DNA of 64,000 bases from IMG/VR virus record IMGVR_UViG_3300035156_000198, positions 9,513-73,512 of that record; one strand, 5' to 3'. The notes beneath the pieces were generated by a model. The model saw only the letters and a program-made list of their open reading frames with translations, was not told the origin of the DNA and searched no databases. Numbering within the stretch: the first letter of the stretch is position 1; each line of letters begins with the position of its first letter. A program made the position numbers and the translations under genes. The stretch is from a virus. Shown here piece after piece: positions 46,762 to 55,441 of the stretch.

Positions 46762-47687
46762 GCAACACCACCACCAGGCCCGGCCGCGACAACGTGCGAG
46801 GGTCGGCCCCGGCCGGCTCGGTCCGCGGCGAGGTCGCCAAGCGGGAGACCGATTACCAGTCGGTCGTCGTGGCCCGGCAGTATCAGGCCAAGTTCGCCGA
46901 GGTCCTGCCCGAGCACATCGCCGCGCCGGCGTTCGTCGGTGCCGCCATCGGCGCGCTACGCAAGGACCCCGACTTGCTGCAGGCCGCCGAGAACTCGCCG
47001 GCGGCGCTGGTCGTGGCGATGATGCACTGCGCGTCGCTGGGGCACGTGCCCGGCGGCAAGGACTACTACCTGACCCCCCGGTGGAACGGCAAGACCAAGC
47101 GGCTCGAAATCGTGGGGATGGAGGGCTACCAGGGTGTCATCGAGCGCATGTACCGCTCGGGTGCGGTCGCCGCGGTCAAGGTGCGCGAGGTCTGCGTCGG
47201 CGACAAGTTCCGGTTCGTTGAGGGCGAAATGAGCCGGCCGGTGCACGAGGTCGACTGGTTCGCCGACGACGACCGGCACTCCCCCGACGCGATCATCGGG
47301 GTGTATGCCTACGCGGAGCTCACCACCGGCGCCACGTCGCGGGTGGTGGTGCTCAACCGCCGCGACATCGAGCGGGCGAAGCAGCAGTCCGACCTCGGCA
47401 AGCAAGACAAGGGCCCGTGGCGGGACAACTACCGGGCCATGGTGCTCAAGACAGGCGCGCACCGGCTGGAGCCGTGGGTGCCGACCAGCGCGGAGTACCG
47501 CCGCGAGCAGCTGCGCGCCGAGGCCGCGGCCGCCGAGGCTGTGCCCGAGGCGCCGGCAGCTGGCGGGTCGGTCGACCAGGCGCCGGCCGGCCCACCGCCC
47601 GGGGTCGACCCGGGCACCGGCGAGGTCACCGGCGACGATGGTGTCATCGACGGCGTGGTCGTGTCCGACACGGCGGTGAACCAGTGA
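46758..47687 (+). CDS. recT: RecT-family single-strand annealing protein
   Basis: LGHVPG..YYLTP, GYQGVIERMYRSG, PWRDNYRAMVLKT, WVPTSAE; adjacent to YqaJ. Confidence 0.9.
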   Translation: MSNTTTRPGRDNVRGSAPAGSVRGEVAKRETDYQSVVVARQYQAKFAEVLPEHIAAPAFVGAAIGALRKDPDLLQAAENSPAALVVAMMHCASLGHVPGGKDYYLTPRWNGKTKRLEIVGMEGYQGVIERMYRSGAVAAVKVREVCVGDKFRFVEGEMSRPVHEVDWFADDDRHSPDAIIGVYAYAELTTGATSRVVVLNRRDIERAKQQSDLGKQDKGPWRDNYRAMVLKTGAHRLEPWVPTSAEYRREQLRAEAAAAEAVPEAPAAGGSVDQAPAGPPPGVDPGTGEVTGDDGVIDGVVVSDTAVNQ

Positions 47688-48040
47688 CGACCGCCAAGGG
47701 CAAGGGCCCCGACGACCGGGGCGAGGCGACCACGCCGGCGCCGACGCCGGTGCCTGACCCGGGGCCCGGCCGCGCGCTGATGGTGTGCAAGGTGTGCCAG
47801 CGCGACGAGAACCAGGTGCCCGGCACGTGGGTCGATGCCGACCTGTGCGGCGAGTGTGGGGCCCCGCCGGCCCCACCGAACCGGTCGGTGACCCGGGCCC
47901 ACATTGACGACCACCCCGAGCCCGGCCGCGAGGCCCGGGTGCGGGTGTCGTGCCCGACGTGCGGCCAGACCAACGTCGTGCGGGTGGTCATCCCCGCCGA
48001 CCAGCTGCAGGCGCCGGCGCCGGGGTCGCTGCTCGAATGA
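47684..48040 (+). CDS. Hypothetical Zn-binding protein
   Basis: CKVC, CGEC, CPTC motifs; coupled. Confidence 0.6.
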   Translation: MTTAKGKGPDDRGEATTPAPTPVPDPGPGRALMVCKVCQRDENQVPGTWVDADLCGECGAPPAPPNRSVTRAHIDDHPEPGREARVRVSCPTCGQTNVVRVVIPADQLQAPAPGSLLE

Positions 48041-48399
48041 CCCCCGTCGAGCTGGCCGACTGGAACGCGCGCAACCCGCGCGGCACCGTCGTGGTCGCCT
48101 GGCCCGGCGGCCGCCTCGACGGTGCGGCGCTGCACACCCGCACCAGGTCGGCGGCGTGGATCGACCTGGACACGGTGCCGCGGGTGGCGGTCAAGGGTTA
48201 CCCCGGTGGTGTGCCCCTGGCCGATGTCGACGTGCTCGACGGCGATGTCGACGTGCTGAACGGGGTACGCCGGCACGTCGTGCCGGCCGGGTACGCCGGC
48301 GGCGACAGTGGCACGGTCGTCGTGGTTCGGCTCGATGACGTCCGGGCCGCCCTGCAGCGACTGATGGGCGACGACGACACCGGGCCGCCGAGAGGGTGA
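48037..48399 (+). CDS. Hypothetical protein
   Basis: ADWNARNPRGT...HTRTRSAAW; ATGA coupling. Confidence 0.6.
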   Translation: MTPVELADWNARNPRGTVVVAWPGGRLDGAALHTRTRSAAWIDLDTVPRVAVKGYPGGVPLADVDVLDGDVDVLNGVRRHVVPAGYAGGDSGTVVVVRLDDVRAALQRLMGDDDTGPPRG

Positions 48400-48403
48400 T
48401 GCC

Positions 48404-48736
48404 GTGGCGAAGCGGGAGCCACCCGACGACGCCGACACGAGGCCGATCCCTCGACCTGACCAGTACCTCCAAGGGCCCGACCTCCGCTCGATGCGGTTGA
48501 AGGTGTGCGAGTGGGCAAGGCCGGCCGACGCCGGCCGAGGCGACCCGGGCTACCCGGCCCGGGTCGCCGACGCCGCCGAGCTGCTCGACCAGCTGGGGCT
48601 GCACGGCACACCACCACCGCCTGACCCCCGGACCCGCGATGCGTGGGGCCGGGCCCGATCACTGGAAGCCAAACGCAACACAAGCCGCACCGCGGCGGCC
48701 CGCAAACGGCGGGTCACCGACGACAAGGAGGTATGA
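48404..48736 (+). CDS. Hypothetical protein
   Basis: RBS GAGGG; 110 aa. Confidence 0.55.
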   Translation: MAKREPPDDADTRPIPRPDQYLQGPDLRSMRLKVCEWARPADAGRGDPGYPARVADAAELLDQLGLHGTPPPPDPRTRDAWGRARSLEAKRNTSRTAAARKRRVTDDKEV

Positions 48737-48739
48737 GCT

Positions 48740-48889
48740 GTGGGAGACATCGGAACACCACGCCGCACCATCGAGGCCCCCGAGCCGGTGATCGAACCGG
48801 TGACCGAGCCGACCAGACGCGAGGACGCACCCGAGAGGCTCGAGCCCGCCCTGGACCCGCAACGGCCTGTCCCGGCGCCGGCGCCATGA
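48740..48889 (+). CDS. 49-aa Pro/Glu-rich peptide (not in ORF track)
   Basis: AGGAGG RBS; MGDIGTPRRTIEAPEP...; stop overlaps the next ATG. Confidence 0.5.
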   Translation: MGDIGTPRRTIEAPEPVIEPVTEPTRREDAPERLEPALDPQRPVPAPAP

Positions 48890-49728
48890 CCGGGCCGCAC
48901 CCGCCGATCCGGCCGGCGCTGCACGCTGAGTTCTCCAAGGCGACGGCCTACGAGCCGGTGGCCGCGGCGCTGGTGGGGTTCCGCGCGTTCCTCATCGGCA
49001 CCGACCCCGACGTGCCGGCCGAGCCGCTCGGCGCGGTCACGCCGGTGCATGCGTTGCGCGGCACCGCCGGCCCCGAGGGTGTGCTGCACGGCATCCACCA
49101 GTCGGCCTACCGGTGGGGCCCGGGCGCGAACGAGGCCATCTGCTTCGCCCGGCCGCTCGGCCTACCCGGCCCGGTGACGCCGCACGCCGACGTGATGCCG
49201 GTGGACTGTGGGTGCGGCCTGTGGGCCTACACCGGCGGTGATCACGTCATGTCGGTGCAGTGGCCGACGGTGCTCGGGGTGGTCGTCGGGTGGGGCCGCA
49301 TGGTCGTCGGCCCGTCGGGGTTCCGGGCCCAGTACGCGCGGATCGTGGGGTTGGCGTTCCCCGACGCCGGCGTGCCCGTCGTCGGTGACCGGCTGACCCT
49401 CGACACCAACGCCGGCCGGTTGGCCGACGCGACCGAGGCGATGCGCCGCGGCCTGGCGGTGGCCGCGCACGGCATCGGTGTGCAGCTGGGCAACGTCGGC
49501 CGGGCGATGCGTCACGAGCCGCTGCTGCCGGTCCCCAAGCCGGCTCCGCCGGCGCCGCCGGTGCGAGCTGCCCGAGCTTGGGAAGCGGTGCCCGAGCACC
49601 TGCAGCAACGGGTCGCCGAGCTGTACCCCGAGGTCGACGTGTTCGGCACCGTGGCCGAGCTGCAGACCGCCTACCCCCTGACCGACCTGACCCCCTACCT
49701 GACAGGCGACGACGATGCCGAACAGTGA
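48886..49728 (+). CDS. Hypothetical protein
   Basis: VGFRAF...W...DCGCGLWA...VLGVVVGWGRMVVG..GFRAQYARI, a pattern common in actinophages. Confidence 0.65.
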   Translation: MTGPHPPIRPALHAEFSKATAYEPVAAALVGFRAFLIGTDPDVPAEPLGAVTPVHALRGTAGPEGVLHGIHQSAYRWGPGANEAICFARPLGLPGPVTPHADVMPVDCGCGLWAYTGGDHVMSVQWPTVLGVVVGWGRMVVGPSGFRAQYARIVGLAFPDAGVPVVGDRLTLDTNAGRLADATEAMRRGLAVAAHGIGVQLGNVGRAMRHEPLLPVPKPAPPAPPVRAARAWEAVPEHLQQRVAELYPEVDVFGTVAELQTAYPLTDLTPYLTGDDDAEQ

Positions 49729-49945
49729 CGACTACGACGACGACATGCCCGAGCGCGAGCTGCTCACCGACGAGCCGACGCCGGCGTGGATGCGCACCAG
49801 CGGCGAGCGCGACCCCGGCCCGTACGACTTCGCCCGCGAGCGGCGCGAGGCCCTCGAAGCCGACGAGCCCTACCAGCTGGTGAAGATCGGCGGCCAGCTG
49901 TACGACGCCAACGATGTGCCCGACCGCTCGGACCTCCTGTGGTGA
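49715..49945 (+). CDS. Hypothetical acidic protein
   Basis: 76 aa. Confidence 0.5.
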   Translation: MPNSDDYDDDMPERELLTDEPTPAWMRTSGERDPGPYDFARERREALEADEPYQLVKIGGQLYDANDVPDRSDLLW

Positions 49946-50172
49946 CCGCGGGCGGCTACGGCTGGGCCGACGTGGTGTCCGCCGTCGCCGACATCAGCAT
50001 CGACCACGTGCACGACTGGCGGCCGCCGCCCGAGTGGTCCGCGCGCGAGACTAGCTTCCGCGTCTGCACGAGCTGCCAGGCCACCGGGTTCGCCGAGTAC
50101 GTGCCGACGCGCCCGACCGTCGAAGCCTCACCAGGTGGTGACCCGACCGGTGCTAACGTCACGGGCGCTTGA
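49942..50172 (+). CDS. Hypothetical protein
   Basis: GTGA coupling; HVHDW...CTSC. Confidence 0.45.
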   Translation: MTAGGYGWADVVSAVADISIDHVHDWRPPPEWSARETSFRVCTSCQATGFAEYVPTRPTVEASPGGDPTGANVTGA

Positions 50173-50324
50173 CTTGTTTGTACCAGGGGTCGACTCTGGG
50201 CCGAGTCAGACCAACGTAGACCGGGGTCGGTGGTTCGTTGTGGAGCTGCAGCGCGCGAGGGCAGGGCCCCCGCGCACCGTCGCCCATGCGACGCCCGCCT
50301 GCCCCCCCTCGGGAGGGGAGCGCC

Positions 50325-50855
50325 ATGGCCCGTGACCACAGTCGCATCTTCGTGTCCATCTGGACCGACCCTGCGTTCCTGGCCCTCGACCGCGACGCGC
50401 AACGCATGTACCTGGTGCTGCTGAGTCAACCCCGGTTGAGCTACTGCGGGGTGCTCGACTACGTGCCGGCGCGGCTGGCGCGGCTGGCCGCTGACGAGGA
50501 CGAGGCATCGGTCGACCATGCTGTCAAGCTGCTCGAACCTGACCGGTTCGTCGTGGTCGACCGGTCGACTCAAGAGCTGCTGATTCGGTCGTTCGTGCGC
50601 CGCGACGGCCTGCTGAAAACCCCGAACGTGACGAAAGCGATGGTCACCGCGCGGGCCCTGGTGATGAGTGAGCAGCTGCGCGATGTCATCGACGCCGAGC
50701 TGGCCCGGGCCTACCAGGAAGATCCGACGATGGCCGGGTGGGCCGGGTCGGGGTCGCAACCTGGTGGCCTGCTGGTCGCTGATGTCGAGCTGTACGCCAA
50801 GGTCATCGAGGGGTCGGCGAACGGCTCACTCAACGGTTCGGGGGCGACCGCATGA
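50325..50855 (+). CDS. Replication initiator (RepA/lambda O-like) N-terminal domain
   Basis: MARDHSRIFVSIWTDPAFLAL...AQRMYLVLLSQPRLSYCG...LLIRSFVRRDGLLKTPN; RBS GGGGAG. Confidence 0.75.
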   Translation: MARDHSRIFVSIWTDPAFLALDRDAQRMYLVLLSQPRLSYCGVLDYVPARLARLAADEDEASVDHAVKLLEPDRFVVVDRSTQELLIRSFVRRDGLLKTPNVTKAMVTARALVMSEQLRDVIDAELARAYQEDPTMAGWAGSGSQPGGLLVADVELYAKVIEGSANGSLNGSGATA

Positions 50856-51050
50856 GGGGTTACTTTAGGGGTTCGGCGAAGGGTTCCGGCAAGGGTTGCG
50901 CGAGCCCCTCGGGCAAGGGTCGGCGCAACCGTTCGGCGAACCCTAGGGCAACTCCTTACTCCTTACTCCTTACTCCTAACTCCTCTCTCCCTGTGGTTGC
51001 GTTAACCAATCCAATCAAGTCTGTAACGTGCGAGGTTTTTTTTGGATTGG
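50809..51050. other. Putative replication origin: iteron-like repeats, ACTCCTN heptamers, AT-rich tract
   Basis: GGGTTCGGCGAA-like repeats at 50809, 50867, 50881, 50917 and 50929; five heptamers at 50951-50985; T8 at 51036-51043; CCAATCCAA/TTGGATTGG inverted repeat. Confidence 0.6.
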
Positions 51051-51067
51051 AGACGACGAAATGCTGA
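50852..51067 (+). CDS. Rep linker-like ORF (possibly frameshifted part of the initiator)
   Basis: GSAKGSGKG repeats and PYSLLLTPNS resemble phage Rep linkers. Confidence 0.35.
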   Translation: MRGYFRGSAKGSGKGCASPSGKGRRNRSANPRATPYSLLLTPNSSLPVVALTNPIKSVTCEVFFGLETTKC

Positions 51068-51615
51068 CCGAAGTGCAAATCGCTCGGCTCGCCGCGGCCG
51101 TGTCGCACCTGCGACCCGAGTGGCCGCAAGCGTCGCTCCACTCGTTCATCAGCAGGAACCTCGCCGGCTACACGGTCCGCGACGCTGCGGTGATGCTCAC
51201 GTGGGTGGCCGTCGACCCCGACACCGAGACGCCGGCCCGGATGCTTGAGGCCGGCCCGTGGCGGCAGACCGCGACGCTGAACGCCGCCCCTGGCACCAGG
51301 TCGCCGCACGACCGGCAGCGCACGTGCTCGGTGTGCGCGCTCGCCGAGGTCGACTGCCGCTCGAAGTGGTCGACTGACCACCCGTTCGTGTCGGTGGCCG
51401 AGGCCCGCGCCGTCGCCCTGGCCGACCGCCGGCGAGCTGTCGACGCCGCGGCCGCTGCCCGAGCTGCGCTGCGACCGGTGCCGGCCGAGCTGTCCCCTGA
51501 GCCCGTCGGCGGCGGTGAGCCCGACGCCCCCGCGTGCGTACCCCCCGCCGCGGGCGAGCCCCCGTCGAGCCCCGCCGTCGGCGGCCCCGCCGAGCCCGCC
51601 GAGGCCGGCCGATGA
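51061..51615 (+). CDS. Hypothetical protein, replication-associated by position
   Basis: LAAAVSHLRPEW...TWVAVDPDTETPARMLEAGPW; CSVC. Confidence 0.65.
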   Translation: MLTEVQIARLAAAVSHLRPEWPQASLHSFISRNLAGYTVRDAAVMLTWVAVDPDTETPARMLEAGPWRQTATLNAAPGTRSPHDRQRTCSVCALAEVDCRSKWSTDHPFVSVAEARAVALADRRRAVDAAAAARAALRPVPAELSPEPVGGGEPDAPACVPPAAGEPPSSPAVGGPAEPAEAGR

Positions 51616-51875
51616 GCACCCGCCTGGAGCAGCTGTACGCCCTACGCCGCAAGGTGGCCCGGGCGATCATCGCCGAGGAAGCCAAGGAACGCCGCTACCG
51701 GCCGGCGCCAACCGTCACCGCCACCGACTCGGAGATTCGGGACTGGGCCCGAGCCGAGGGCATCGACGTGAACCCCCGCGGCCGGCTGCGCGAGGAAGTG
51801 CGCGCCGCCTACGTCGAGGCCCACCGCGACCCGCTGCTGGGGTTCGACGCGACCAGGCGGCAGGCCCATGGTTGA
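51612..51875 (+). CDS. Lsr2-like DNA-binding protein (C-terminal domain)
   Basis: SEIRDWARAEGIDVNPRGRLREEVRAAYVEAH; lacks the Lsr2 N-terminal dimerisation domain. Confidence 0.82.
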   Translation: MSTRLEQLYALRRKVARAIIAEEAKERRYRPAPTVTATDSEIRDWARAEGIDVNPRGRLREEVRAAYVEAHRDPLLGFDATRRQAHG

Positions 51876-52146
51876 CCCCCGGCACGTCACCGCCGCCGCG
51901 AACCACCACCCCGCGACGCCCGCCCGGGACACCGCCGGCCTGATCGACCAGCTGCAGCTGGTCGACGCCCAGCTGCGCGAGCTGGTCGCCGCCACGTTCG
52001 CCCGGTGGGACACCGCCGGGCCCGGCGCGGCCTACCACGCCCTCGATGTGAACGGCCGGCCGGTGCTCGCCGACATACTGGCCGCCCGAGCCACCACCCT
52101 CGCCGCCCTCGCCACCCTCACCACCACCGGAAGGAACCACCCGTGA
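51868..52146 (+). CDS. Hypothetical protein
   Basis: 92 aa. Confidence 0.5.
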   Translation: MVDPRHVTAAANHHPATPARDTAGLIDQLQLVDAQLRELVAATFARWDTAGPGAAYHALDVNGRPVLADILAARATTLAALATLTTTGRNHP

Positions 52147-52613
52147 CCGACCTACGCGACCAGCTGCGCGAGCCGTTGCACGCGGCCATCAGCAACGCCT
52201 ACTACGACGCCCGCAACAGCGGCCGCACCATGACCGACGCGGCCGACGCCGCCACCGACGCGGCGACCGACGTGGTGCTGGCCATCGTCGCCGCCGACGT
52301 ACCCCTGGACCTGGCCGCCGCCGCGAGGTCGTATCTCGAGGATGCCGACCCGGCCCGCTACCGGCCTAGCCCGCCTCGCCCGGTGCTGCTGCTCGGCGGC
52401 GCCGAGCGGGTGTGGGAAGCCCTGACCGGCATGACCGGCGACGCCGGCCGCGAACTGGCCGCCAAGATCGTCGCCCAGCAGGAAGCCGGAGGGTTCGCCC
52501 TCCCGGCCTCGGACAACGCCGGCGGGCCAGGTGTCGGGGCCGACCCGGCGCGGCTGGACGCTGCCAACGCCGCATTGACAGCAGAATCGCTCCCAGCTGA
52601 GGGCCCGGCATGA
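52143..52613 (+). CDS. Hypothetical protein
   Basis: RBS GAAGGA; GTGA coupling. Confidence 0.55.
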   Translation: MTDLRDQLREPLHAAISNAYYDARNSGRTMTDAADAATDAATDVVLAIVAADVPLDLAAAARSYLEDADPARYRPSPPRPVLLLGGAERVWEALTGMTGDAGRELAAKIVAQQEAGGFALPASDNAGGPGVGADPARLDAANAALTAESLPAEGPA

Positions 52614-52936
52614 GCCGCGAGCGGGTGTCTGTGTGCGCCACATGCCACGGCTCGATTACGTGGGGCCGCACCGTCCCCGGCGGCCGCCCGATGCCGCTGG
52701 ACCTGCCGGTGTACGCCCAGGACGACACCGCCGCGACGTGCGCGGTGTACGCCGATGCCACCGGCCGGCTGAACGTGCGCGTGCTCAAGGACGGCGAGCA
52801 ACCCGAGCCGTTCGAGCGGCGACGCATGACGCACTTCGCCACGTGCGCGGCCAGGGTCGAGGCCGCCAAGGCCCGCCGCGGTGAGGTCGAGAACGTCATC
52901 CCGTTCCCGACCCGGGCCGAGAGGGCGAAGCGATGA
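52610..52936 (+). CDS. Hypothetical Zn-binding protein
   Basis: CATCHGSITW...MPLD...THFATC, common in actinophages. Confidence 0.7.
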   Translation: MSRERVSVCATCHGSITWGRTVPGGRPMPLDLPVYAQDDTAATCAVYADATGRLNVRVLKDGEQPEPFERRRMTHFATCAARVEAAKARRGEVENVIPFPTRAERAKR

Positions 52937-53118
52937 TGTGCAAACACTGCGGGATCGAGGTCGCGCCGATGCCGGCGCCGGGGTCGTGGAAGCATGTCGC
53001 CACGAACCTCGGTCGATGCCAGGACCCGGCCGTCGAGTACGGCCACCTGGCCGAGCCGGTCGGTGTGCCGTGCCGGGCCGACGGGCCGAACCCGTGCCTC
53101 GGGTCGGTGGTGAGCTGA
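52933..53118 (+). CDS. Small Cys-rich protein
   Basis: CKHCG...WKH...RC; coupled. Confidence 0.55.
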   Translation: MMCKHCGIEVAPMPAPGSWKHVATNLGRCQDPAVEYGHLAEPVGVPCRADGPNPCLGSVVS

Positions 53119-53360
53119 TGGCCACCGTGCTGCCGGCGTCGGTGCTCGCCGACATCGACCGGGCCCTAGCCTCACCGTCGCCACGGGCGGCCGTCGCCGC
53201 GACGCTGCAACGGCTCGCCGATGGCGCCTACGCCGACGGGGTGCGCGAGGGCGGCGAGCGCGCCGCGGCGGTCATCTACGACGCGCTGATGCCCGAGCAC
53301 CGGGCCGCGTTCGCGGCGGTCCAGGCGCACATGGCCCGCGTGCGGAACATCGCGCTGTGA
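53118..53360 (+). CDS. Hypothetical protein
   Basis: TGATG coupling. Confidence 0.55.
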   Translation: MATVLPASVLADIDRALASPSPRAAVAATLQRLADGAYADGVREGGERAAAVIYDALMPEHRAAFAAVQAHMARVRNIAL

Positions 53361-53641
53361 CCACCGCGCTGCTGATGGTCGCCGGCCTGGTCGCCGTCGT
53401 CGCCGCGTTCGCGCTGGTCGCCCCCTGGCAGCACCGGCACCGCGACGACGACTGGCAGGCCCGCGGCGCGTGGCGGTACGACGAGTGCAGCTGCGGCGCC
53501 CGCCGGGTGCGGCGCCTCTACAGCAACTTCATGTCCCCGGTCGAGGGTGACTGGCCGCGGCCGGTCGACCGGCACGGCATGCCGGTGCACGACACCGGCT
53601 GGCAGCGGCCGGCCGGCGACCACGACTGGCGACCGGTCTAG
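53357..53641 (+). CDS. Membrane-anchored protein
   Basis: N-terminal TM helix; HRH...CSCG. Confidence 0.55.
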   Translation: MTTALLMVAGLVAVVAAFALVAPWQHRHRDDDWQARGAWRYDECSCGARRVRRLYSNFMSPVEGDWPRPVDRHGMPVHDTGWQRPAGDHDWRPV

Positions 53642-53683
53642 ACCGCGGCACGCCGGAAACGTGAGGGGCGCTAGACTGGCGAT
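53634..53683 (+). promoter_or_regulatory. CGGTCTAGACCG box plus leaderless -10 TAGACT
   Basis: Box at 53634-53645; -10 at 53672-53677; ATG at 53684. Confidence 0.55.
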
Positions 53684-53959
53684 ATGACCACCACCAAGAG
53701 CACCGCCACCAGCACCCCGACCACCGCGACCCTCACCGCCGCCGAGGCGTTCGTCCAGGCATGCCGCGCCGGCGGCTACCAGGCCCGCATCGTCACCACC
53801 GCGGAGTTCCCCGAGTTCACCGAGCGGCCCGGCGCCCGCCGCACCGACGCCGGCGACGAGTACGTGCACACCTACGACGACGAGCCGTGCGACCTGCCCG
53901 GCGACCGCGCCGACGACGAGCACATCTGCGGCCACGGGTTCGGGGTGAGGCTGGCATGA
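53684..53959 (+). CDS. Hypothetical protein, leaderless
   Basis: 91 aa. Confidence 0.6.
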   Translation: MTTTKSTATSTPTTATLTAAEAFVQACRAGGYQARIVTTAEFPEFTERPGARRTDAGDEYVHTYDDEPCDLPGDRADDEHICGHGFGVRLA

Positions 53960-54189
53960 GCCGCCGCGCGCGGCCGACCCGCGCCGAGATAGCGGCCGCC
54001 TTCAACGCCCGGTGCACGTTCGGCTGCCCGAGCTGCAGCCGAGCGTGCACGTTCGCCGGCGGGTACAACCATCGGTTCGACTGCTGCGGCGAGGTCGTCG
54101 CCCACGTCATGGAGAACCTGGTGCGCCGCGTCTCGGGGGTGCCGGCGTACGCCGTCGGTGTCTCGACCACCACCAGGCCGCCGTCGTGA
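53956..54189 (+). CDS. Cys-rich hypothetical protein
   Basis: ATGA coupling; CTFGCPSC..AC; near-duplicated TGCACGTTCG segments. Confidence 0.5.
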   Translation: MSRRARPTRAEIAAAFNARCTFGCPSCSRACTFAGGYNHRFDCCGEVVAHVMENLVRRVSGVPAYAVGVSTTTRPPS

Positions 54190-54543
54190 GGGTCTGGGAC
54201 ATCGAGCGCGACTGTGGTCACACCACCCGGCACGACCACGTGCCGACGGTGCCTGACTACCCGTGCCCGTCCGGTTGCGTCGAGGACGAGCTGCCCGTGC
54301 AGCTGCTGGTTCAAGCCCGAGCCCGACCCCGACCCCGAGCCGGCACCGGAGCTGCCGGCCGTCGACCCCGAGCCGACGACGCCACCGCCGGCCAAGGTCG
54401 AGCGGGCCCCCGTGCGACCCGCGGCCCGCCGCCCGCCCCCGACACCGCCGCGCGGCCGCGCACCCGCCGGCCCGCTGACCCGAGTCGACCCCGAAGCCCT
54501 GGCGGCCTTCAACCGCGGCACCGAGCGAGCCCGCCGTGACTGA
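54186..54543 (+). CDS. Hypothetical protein, reading frame ambiguous
   Basis: The 54186 frame looks coding at the 5' end and the 54214 frame at the 3' end. Confidence 0.3.
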
Positions 54544-54707
54544 CACCACCGACCGGCCGGTGCACGTCATGGACTGGTGCCAACCCTGGCACGGGCCGGC
54601 GTCCCACGCCCGATGTCGCCGGTCGTGGGCCATCGCCGGCCGCACCGGCCGTTGCGGCTGCAGCTGTCACACCACCACCACCACCACCACCGAAGGGGCG
54701 GCACACC

Positions 54708-54986
54708 ATGAGGCGCTACGTCTCCGTCAAGCGCGCCGCGAGCGGCACGTTCACCACCGTCACCGTCTCCCTCATCGACGGCGACCTGAGCGCACGATGG
54801 TCGGTGAAGACCTACATCGGCAACGTCGGCGCCGCCACGGCCAACGCCGACACCTACGCCCGCCGCGCGCTAGAGGAAATCCGGGTGCAGCTCGACGCCG
54901 CCGAGGCCGCCGGCGACGACACCACCGAGGGCGACACGCCGGCGCCGGTGGTGCTCGCCGACGCCCGGCCACGTCTGGCAAAGTGA
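54708..54986 (+). CDS. Hypothetical protein
   Basis: RBS GAAGGGG after a CAC-rich leader. Confidence 0.6.
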   Translation: MRRYVSVKRAASGTFTTVTVSLIDGDLSARWSVKTYIGNVGAATANADTYARRALEEIRVQLDAAEAAGDDTTEGDTPAPVVLADARPRLAK

Positions 54987-55017
54987 AGCCAAGCCAGTAG
55001 CCGACCCCTACTAGCCC

Positions 55018-55060
55018 GCGAGCCCGGCCCCCCTCCCAGCGGGGCCGGGCTCGCTCCGTT
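55018..55060 (+). terminator. Hairpin terminator
   Basis: 14-bp stem gcgagcccggcccc / ggggccgggctcgc followed by TCCGTTT. Confidence 0.65.
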
Positions 55061-55076
55061 TCACAGGGAGGCGCGC

Positions 55077-55424
55077 GTGCCGCGACGGGCGAACCGGCGG
55101 TGCCCCATGTGCCGCACCGTGGTGCCCACCGGGCAAGGTTGCGCGACGTGCCGCGACCGCCGGGAGGCCCGGTCGCCGAGCTTCAACTACTCCACCGCCT
55201 ACTGGTCGCGCCGGTCACGGGCGTTCCTGGCCCGCCGACGCTGGTGCAAGGTCTGCGGGAAACGCGCCAAGGTCGCCGACCACTACCCGACCAGCCGCCG
55301 CGAGCTGGTGCGCCAAGGGGTGCCCGACCCCGACGCTGATGAGTTTCTGCGGCCGCTGTGCCTGGAGTGTCATAGTCGGGCGACGGCGGCCCGGCAAGGT
55401 GGCGGCTGGCATCACCCCGAGTAG
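55077..55424 (+). CDS. HNH endonuclease (terminase-associated type)
   Basis: CPMC..C..C, YW.RRSRAFL, CKVC...ADH...LRPLCLECHSRAT. Confidence 0.85.
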   Translation: MPRRANRRCPMCRTVVPTGQGCATCRDRREARSPSFNYSTAYWSRRSRAFLARRRWCKVCGKRAKVADHYPTSRRELVRQGVPDPDADEFLRPLCLECHSRATAARQGGGWHHPE

Positions 55425-55441
55425 GGCGGCGGGTCGGCTGC

